Positions 56,401-64,000 of a stretch of 64,000 nucleotides of DNA are shown piece after piece. Positions within the stretch are counted from its first letter, which is position 1. Each line of letters starts with the position of its first letter. A program made the position numbers and the translations under genes. Location of the stretch: the NCBI RefSeq assembly GCF_902713615.1, contig NW_024055487.1, positions 205,500 to 269,499 of the forward strand. The letters are read 5' to 3'. The notes under the pieces are model-generated. The model was not told the DNA's origin. It did no database searches and was given only the letters and a program-made list of their open reading frames with translations. Source of the DNA: Scyliorhinus canicula. Lineage: Eukaryota.

Positions 56401-57657
56401 CGAATACTTAGCATCCTCCACCCTCACAATCAGCGCCCTACTCAATGAAAAAATCAATCCGGGAATAAGCCTTATGCACATGGGAGAAGAATGAAAATTC
56501 CCTGGCCCTCGGTCTCGCAAACCTCCATGGGTCAACCCCTCCCATCTGATCCATAAACCCCCTCAGCACCTTAGCTGGCTTCCTACCCGTCCTGGATCTG
56601 GATCGATCCAGTGCCAGAATCAGCACCGTGTTGAAATCCCCCCCCCCCCCCCCATTATCAGGCCCCCCGCCTCCAAATGTGGAATCCGGCCCAAAATGCG
56701 CCGCATGAAACCCGCATCGACGCATCGATCGACACCCTCTTTCCCACCAGGATCGCCACCCTCCCCGATTTGTTTGTATCCGGCCCCGAATTAAACACCT
56801 GGCCTACCCATCCCTTCCACAATCGAACCTGATCCGCCACCAGGTGCGTCTCCTGAAGCATGACCACATCCACCTACAGCCCTTTCAGATGCGCAAACAC
56901 ACGGGCCCGTTTGACCGGCCCATTCAGTCTCCTCACATTCCAGGTTATCAGCCAGATCAGGGGGCTACCTACTCCCCTCCCCCGCCGACTAGCCATTACC
57001 CTTCCTCAGCCCACCACGTGCCCGCGGCCCCCCTGCTCGGCCCGTTCCCCACGGCGGCAGACCCCCATCCCGACCCCTCTACCTGCTTCAGCTCCCTCTT
57101 GGCCATTCCAGCAGCAACCCGGTACCCCCCTCTCCCCCGTTCCCCTGCTAGGACCCCCCCTAGCTGCATTGCTCCCTACATTGCACTCCTGTAAGTCAGC
57201 TGATTCCTGCTGACCACGGCCACTCCCGGCACTAATGTCTTGTCCTCATTTTCGGAGACCTTTTGTCAGACCTCTCGGATCGCCACCCCCTGGGCCGTCT
57301 GGGTCTCCAGCAGCTTATCAATTGAAGCCTTCATCGGCTCCAGCAGGTCAGCTTTAAGCTCCCTGAAGCAGCGCTGAAGAGCCTCCTGTTGCTCCTGCAC
57401 CCACTGCATCCACGCTGCCTGGTCTCCGCCACCTTGTGCTTCTTCCCTCGCACCTGCTTTGGCTTTGCTACCACTTTTTTACACGCCCCACTCCTGGCCC
57501 AGGCCATACACTGCTGTGGAAATGTTGCTGACTCCTTCCCACGTCGGGAAACGTCGAAAAAGTACCGCTGGGGGCCCTAAGAAGAGCCCAAAGGTCCGTT
57601 CCTAGCGGGAGCTGCCGACGGTGCGACTTAGCTCCGCATAGCTGCAACCGGAAGTCC
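53490..57657 (-). mobile_element. Degenerate L1-clade LINE with 5' end, internally deleted ORF1, frameshifted ORF2 and poly(A)
   Basis: The 5' end GGACTTCCGGTTG matches the 34488 element; ORF2 motifs are spread over several frames; T-rich tail at ~53490. Confidence 0.85.
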
Positions 57658-57659
57658 AG

Positions 57660-58400
57660 GAAGCAGTTTATGCTACGTGAAGAATATAACAAAACAGGTA
57701 CAACCCTTGCCTCCTTGAAAAGTCCATCGCCTTCTCGGGTTCCACAAAATAATGGTGCTGGCCCTCGTGCGTGACCCACAGATGCGCCGAGTAGAGCACT
57801 CCAAATTTCACCTGCTTCCTGTACAAAATCTGTAACCTGTAACTTGCCTGTAGCCTGCCCTCCTTCTGGCCACCTCCATGCTCAGGTTCTGGTAGACGCG
57901 CCGGATACTTTTGTCCCATTTGTAGTTCCGCGTACTCTTGGCCCAATGAAGAACCTGCTCCTTACCCAGGAACCTGTGGAATCGGACCACCATCGCCCGT
58001 GGGGGACCCCCTGGCCGCGGCTGTGCTCTATGTGCCCTGTCCACCTCCAGCGGTCGAGGGAATACCTCATTCCCCAGCAGCTTCTGGAACATGACTGCCA
58101 TCTACTTGGCAGCATCCAACCCCTCAGCCCCCGCCGGGAGGCCAACGACTCTCAGGTTCTGCCAGCGGGACCTGTTCTCCAGGTTCTCCATCTTTTCCAA
58201 GAGCCTTTTTTGTTGCTCCCACAACTTTCCAATCTCCACGTCCGCCACCGTTTGAAAATCCGCCTGTTCCTCCGCTGTCCTCTCCAGCTCCTGGATCGTC
58301 GGATTCTAGGTGTCCAGCCTTTTCTCCAATCGACAAATGAACTCTGGAGCCGTTCCAAATTATCCTGTTTCAGTGCTGATAAGCTGTCCTGTATAACCTT
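57660..58400 (-). mobile_element. Second L1 ORF1 fragment, head-to-tail with the previous element
   Basis: ENRSR.QNLRV.GL, EVDRAHR, PRAMVVRFHR and HLWVTHEGQHHYF motifs. Confidence 0.7.
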
Positions 58401-58401
58401 C

Positions 58402-61400
58402 AACAAAGAACAAAGAAAATTACAGCACAGGAACAGGCCCTTCGGCCCTCCCAGCCTGCGCCGATCCAGATCCTTTATCTAAACCTGTCTCCTATTTTCC
58501 AAGGTCTACTTCCCTCTGTTCCCGCCCGTTCATATACCCATCTAGATGCATCTTAAATGATGCTATCGTGCCCGCCTCTACCATCTCCGCTGGTAAAGCG
58601 TTCCAGGTACCCACCACCCTCTGCGTAAAAAACTTTCCACGCACATCTCCCTTAAACTTTCCCCCTCTTACCTTGAAATCGTGACCCCTTGTAACTGACA
58701 CCCCCACTAATGGGAAAACGTGTTGCTATCCACCCTGTCCATACCTCTCTTAATTTTGTAGACCTCAATCAGGTCCCCCCTCAACCTCCGTCTTTCCAAC
58801 GAAAACAATCCTAATCTACTCAACCTTTCTTCATAGCTAGCACCCTCCATACCAGGCAACATCCTGGTGAACCTCCTCTGCACCCTCTCCAAGGCATCCA
58901 CATCCTTCTGTTAATGTGGCGACCAGAACTGCATGCAGTATTCCAAATGTGGCCTAACCAAAGTCCTATACAACTGTAACATGATCTGCCTACTCTTGTA
59001 CTCAATACCCCGTCCGATGAAGGCAAGCATGCTGTATGCCTCTTGACCACTCTATCAACCTGCGTTGCCACCTTCAGGGTACAATGGACCTGAACTCCCA
59101 CATCTCTCTGTACATCAATTTTCCCCAGGACCCTTCCATTGACCATATAGTCCGCTCTTGAATTTGATCTTCCAAAATACATCACCTCGCATTTGCCTGG
59201 ATTGAACCCCATCTGCCATTTCTCTGCCCAACTCTCCAAACTATCTATATTTTGTTGTATTCTCTGACAGTCCTCCTCGCTCTCTGCAACTCCACCAATC
59301 TTTGTATCATCTGCAAACTTGCTCATCAGGCCACCTATACCTTCCTCCAGGTCATTTATGTACATCACAAGCAACAGTGGTCCGAGCACGGATCCCTGTG
59401 GATCACCACTAGTCACCTTCTCCATTTTGAGACACTCCCTTCCACCACTACTCTCTGTCTCCTGTTGCCCAGCCAGTTCTTTATCCATCTAGCTAGTACA
59501 CCCTGAACCCCATACGACTTCACTTTTTCCATCAACCTGCCATGGGAAACCTTATCAAACGCCTTACTAATGTCCATGAATATGACATCTACAGCCCTTC
59601 CCTCATCAATTAACTTTGTCACTTCCTCAAAGAATTATATTAGGTTTGTAAGACATGACCTTCCCTGCACAAAACCATGCTGCCTATCACTGATAAGTCT
59701 ATTTTCTTCCAGATGTGAATAGATCCTATCCCTCAGTATCTTCTCCAACAGCTTGCCTACCAGTGACATCAAGCTCACAGGTCTGTAATTCCCTGGATTT
59801 TCCCTGCTACCCTTCTGAAACAAAGGGACAACATTAGCAATTCTCCAGTCCTCCGGGACCTCACCCGTGCTCAAGGATGCTGCAAAGATATCTGTTAAGG
59901 CCTCAGCTATTTCGACCCTCGCTTCCCTCAATAACCTGGGATAGATCTCATCTGGTCCTGGGGACCTGATCACCTTAATGTATTTTAGAATACCCAAAAC
60001 TTCCCATTTCCGTTTGACAACTTGACCTAGAGTACTTAAACATCCATCTCTAGCCTCAACATTCGTCTTGTCCCTCTCCTTTGTGAATACCGATGCAAAG
60101 TACTCATTAAGAATCTCACCCATTTCCTCTGAGTCCACGCATAAATTCTCTCCCTTGTCTTTGAGTGGGCCAATCATTTCCCTAGTTACCCTCTTGCTCC
60201 TTACATACGAATAAAAGGCTTTGGGATTTTCCTTAACCCTGTTAGCCAAAGATATTTCATGACCCCTTTTAGCCCTTTTTATTGCGCGTTTGAGATTCGC
60301 CCAACTTTCCCGATATTCCTCCAAAGCTTCATCAGTTTTGAGTCGCCTCGATCTTACATATGCTTCCTTTTTCATCTTAGCTAGTTTCACAATTTCACGC
60401 GTCATCCATGGTTCCCTAATCTTGCCATTTCTATCTCTCATTTTCACAGGAACATGTCTGTCCTGCACTCTAATCAACCTTTCCTTAAAAGGCTCCCACA
60501 TTTCAAATGTGGATTTACCCTTAAACAGCTGCTCCCAATCCACATTCCCTAGCTCCTGCCGAATTTTGTTATACTCTGCCTTTCCCCAATTTAGCACTCT
60601 TCCTTTCGGACCACTCTTGTCCTTGTCCATGAGTATTCTAAAACTTACGGAATTGTGATCGCTATTCCCAAAGTAATCACCGACTGAAACATCAACCACC
60701 TGGCCGGGATCATTCCCCAATACCAGGTCCAGTATGGACCCTTGGCGAGTTGGACTATTTACAGACTGCTCTACAAAACTCTCCTGGATGCTCCTTACAA
60801 ACTCTGCTCCATCTACGCCTCCAACACTACACGAATCCCATTCAATGTTGGGGAAGTTAAAATCTCCCATCACAACCACCCTATTGCTCCTACATTTTTC
60901 TATAATCTGTCTGCATATTTGTACCTCTACTTCATGCTCGCTTTTGGGAGGCCTGTAGTAAAGTCCCAACAATGTTACTGCACCCTTCCTATTTCTCAGC
61001 TCCACCCATATTGCCTCAGTGCTCGAATCCTCCATCGTGCCCTCCTTAATCACAGCTGTGATATCATCTCTGACGAGTAATGCAACTCCTCCACCCCTTC
61101 TACCTCCCTCTCTATCCCTCCTGAAGCATCTATACCCTGGGATATTCAGTTGCCAGTCCTGCCCTTCCCTCAACCAAGTCTCAGTAATACCAATAACATC
61201 ATATTCCCAGGTACTGATCCAAACCCTAAGTTCATCTCCCTTACCTGCTACACTTCTCGCATTAAAACAAATATACCTCAGACCACCTGTCCCTTTGCGT
61301 TCATCATCTCTTCCCTGTCTACTCTTCCCATTTGTCACATTGAGTTTATTGTCTCGTACCTTACTGGCTTTAGTTGCTGCTTCTTTACTGACCTCTAACT

Positions 61401-62280
61401 TCCTAATCCGGTTCCCATCCCCCTGCCACATTAATTTAAAACCTCCCCAACAGTGTTAGCAAAAGCACCCCCGAGGACATTGGTTCCAGTCCTGCCCAGG
61501 TGTAGACCATCCGGTTTGTAATGGTCCCACCACCCCCAGAACCGGTTCCAATGTCCCAAAAATCTGAACCCCTCCATCCTGCACCATCTCTCAAGCCACG
61601 TATTCATTCTGAATATTCTTGAATTTCTACTCTGACTGTCCCGTGGCACTGGTAGCAATCCTGAGATTACTACCTTTGAGGTCCTACTTTTTAACTTCTC
61701 TCCTAACTCCCTAAATTCTGATTGTAGGACCTCATCCTTTTGTTTACCTATATTGTTGGTGCCTATATGCACCACGACAACTGGCTGTTCACCTCCCCCT
61801 TCAGTATGTCCTGCAGCCGATCGGAGACAGCCCTGACCCGAGCACCCGGGAGGCAACATACCATTCGGGAATCTCATTTTCGACCACAGGAATGCCTGTC
61901 TACTCCCCTTACAATTGAATCCCCTATGACTATAGCCCTACCAGTCTTTTTACCGCCATTCTGTGCAGCAAAGCCACCCACGGTGCCATGAGCCTGGCTA
62001 CTATTGCCTTGCCCTGGTGAGTCATCTCCCCCAACAGTATCCAAAACGGTATACCTGTTTTGGAGGGAGATGACCGCAGGGGACACCTGCACTACCTTCC
62101 TGCTCTTTCTCTGCCTTTTGTTCACCCATTCCCTGTCTCCCTCACCAATCCTAATCTGCGGTGTGACCAGCTCACTGAACGTGCTGTCCACGACCTCCTC
62201 AGGATCGTGGATGCTCCAAAGTGAGTCCACCCGCAGCTCCAGAGCCGCCATGCGGTCGAACAGGCGCTGCAGCTGGTCCA
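58402..62280 (-). mobile_element. Near full-length CR1 LINE with frameshifts (ORF1 esterase-like + ORF2)
   Basis: ORF1 pieces at 61431-62280 (VHIGTNNI, DGLHL); ORF2 EN/RT pieces at 58700-61431; (TTCTTTG) tail at 58402. Confidence 0.9.
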
Positions 62281-62769
62281 AACCACTTAATATCTTCTCA
62301 CAGGGATTTACCTCAAGTGTATTTGCTAAATTACCTCCCAAGCATTTCGATAATGTCTTAATTAAAAAGACCAAACATTGCACAGAATTCCAGACCGGAC
62401 TCCATTTCAGTCTTTCCCTCCACAAACCTCCCAATCCACCCTTGTATCTCATTGTGCTTTGCGCGTTTCCCAGAGATCATCCAATCTTTCTCTGCCTTTC
62501 AATGAAATGTTTCTTCCTGGTTCTGTATTAACTTTCTCCAGGTTTATATGGGTTCCCTAAGTTCCTGTTTCCCTCTGTTAAATTAGTATATAATTTCCAC
62601 TCTCCCACTGCACTGCTTCAAAAGACCATAAGGCGATATGAAATTGGAACATAATTAGACCAATCGGCCCTTCAAGCCTTCCCCCCATTCAATCATGATT
62701 GATATTTTTTCTCAACCACATTCCCCTCCCTTCTACCTAATCCCGTTATTAATCAAAAACCTATCTACC

Positions 62770-63530
62770 TATCATGTCTCACCAAATTGAATGAGTTTTT
62801 TAAAGTGGTGATAAAGAAAGGTCTGTGGATGCAGTTTAAATGGACTTCAGAAAGGCCTTTGATAAGGTCCCACATGGCAGACTGTTACAAAAACTAAAAT
62901 CACATGGGATTCGGGGTGGGCTGGCTGGCTGGATACAGAAGTGGCTTGGTTATGGGAGTCAGAGAGTAGTGGTGGAAGGGTATTTTTCTGAACAGAGATA
63001 TGTAGCTAGTGGTATTCCGCAGGGGACAGTGCTGGGACCTCTGCTGTTTGCAGTGTATGTAAATGTTCTGGAGGAAAACGTGGATGGTCTAATCAGCAAG
63101 TTTGTGGATGACACGAAGATTGCTGATAGTTCCGAAGATTGGCAGATAATAAAACAGGATATGGATAGATTGGCGAACTGGGAACAGAGATGACAGATGG
63201 AGTTTAATTCGGACAAATGCGAGTTGATGCATTTTGGAGGATCTAATCTAGGTATAAATTATACTATAAATGGCAGAACCATTATGAACATTAACATACA
63301 GAGGGATCTGGGCATGAAGGTCCACAGTTCCGTAAAAGTGGCAATACGTGGGTTTGGAAAAGAGCAAGGTGATCATTGCTCGGCACAACATCGAGGGCCG
63401 AAGGGCCTGTTCTGTGCTGTACTGTTCTATGTTCTATGTAATATAGGTGGCCAAGGTGTTGAAGAAGGCATGTGGCATGCTTGCCTTCATCAGCCGGGGC
63501 ATTGAGTACAATGAGTTGGGAAATGAAGTT
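62770..63530 (+). mobile_element. Older CR1 RT fragment with a short CR1 3'-end insertion (~63350-63439)
   Basis: DFRKAFDKVPH, GIPQGTVLGP and KFVDDT motifs; the nested piece ends in (GTTCTAT)n. Confidence 0.75.
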
Positions 63531-63779
63531 GCAGAGCACGGAGAACTGTACAGAACTCTGAACATGGTGAGGATTATCGACACAGTGGTACAGCGTACAG
63601 ACAAGCTATGCAAAACAGCCGACAGGGCGAAGATCATAGACACAGTGATACAATGCACAGTGAATGCTGTGCAAAACACTGAACAGGGTGAGGATTACTG
63701 ACACGCTGTGGTAAAGACATAGGGTGATGTAAATCCAGCGGAGATTTCAGCAACTTTACCATTTTGGAAATTCAAGACA

Positions 63780-64000
63780 CACATTTGAAAGTACAGCACG
63801 AACACACACACGAACACGCATATAACACAGAAACTCACACGAACAAACACATACATACAAAAGCACAGAAGTGCGCACACATTAACAATCACAAACACAC
63901 ACAAGCAAATACACAAACATAAGTAGAGACATACACACAAACTCACACACACACACACAAACACAGACAAAAATGCACACAGTAACACACACAGACAAAC
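63780..64000. repeat. CA-rich low-complexity repeat
   Basis: Imperfect (CA)n/ACAC tracts. Confidence 0.85.

Overview
Cartilaginous-fish (shark-like) genomic DNA, inferred from the repeat families, spliceosomal introns and antigen-receptor V segments; it is not prokaryotic and has no CRISPR or rRNA. The window looks like part of a T-cell receptor alpha/delta-type V region interleaved with a repeatedly duplicated tRNA gene array. It holds eight V segments, all with 23-bp-spacer RSSs. Three are minus-strand TCR-V pseudogenes or fragments (~4.7, 9.0 and 42.5 kb), two are plus-strand open TCR-type V exons (17.7 and 23.5 kb), and three are tandem, intact IgH-like V genes with leaders and no adjacent D or J (25.7, 28.0 and 30.4 kb). 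About 24 tRNA genes or pseudogenes (Val-TAC/AAC/CAC, Arg-ACG, Pro-TGG/CGG, Thr-CGT, Asn-GTT) sit in 2.67-kb tandem units and larger segmental duplications. The most unusual signal is that every tRNA-Pro copy carries an 18-nt insert exactly at the canonical 37/38 tRNA intron position, in two related sequence versions (TGG and CGG isoacceptors). The rest is retroelement-rich: a full-length L1 with a TSD, a CR1 with intact ORF2, degenerate L1, CR1, Rex1 and Penelope fragments, tRNA-derived SINEs, minisatellites and two assembly gaps. Coordinates were read by hand; repeat boundaries are approximate and no database searches were run.
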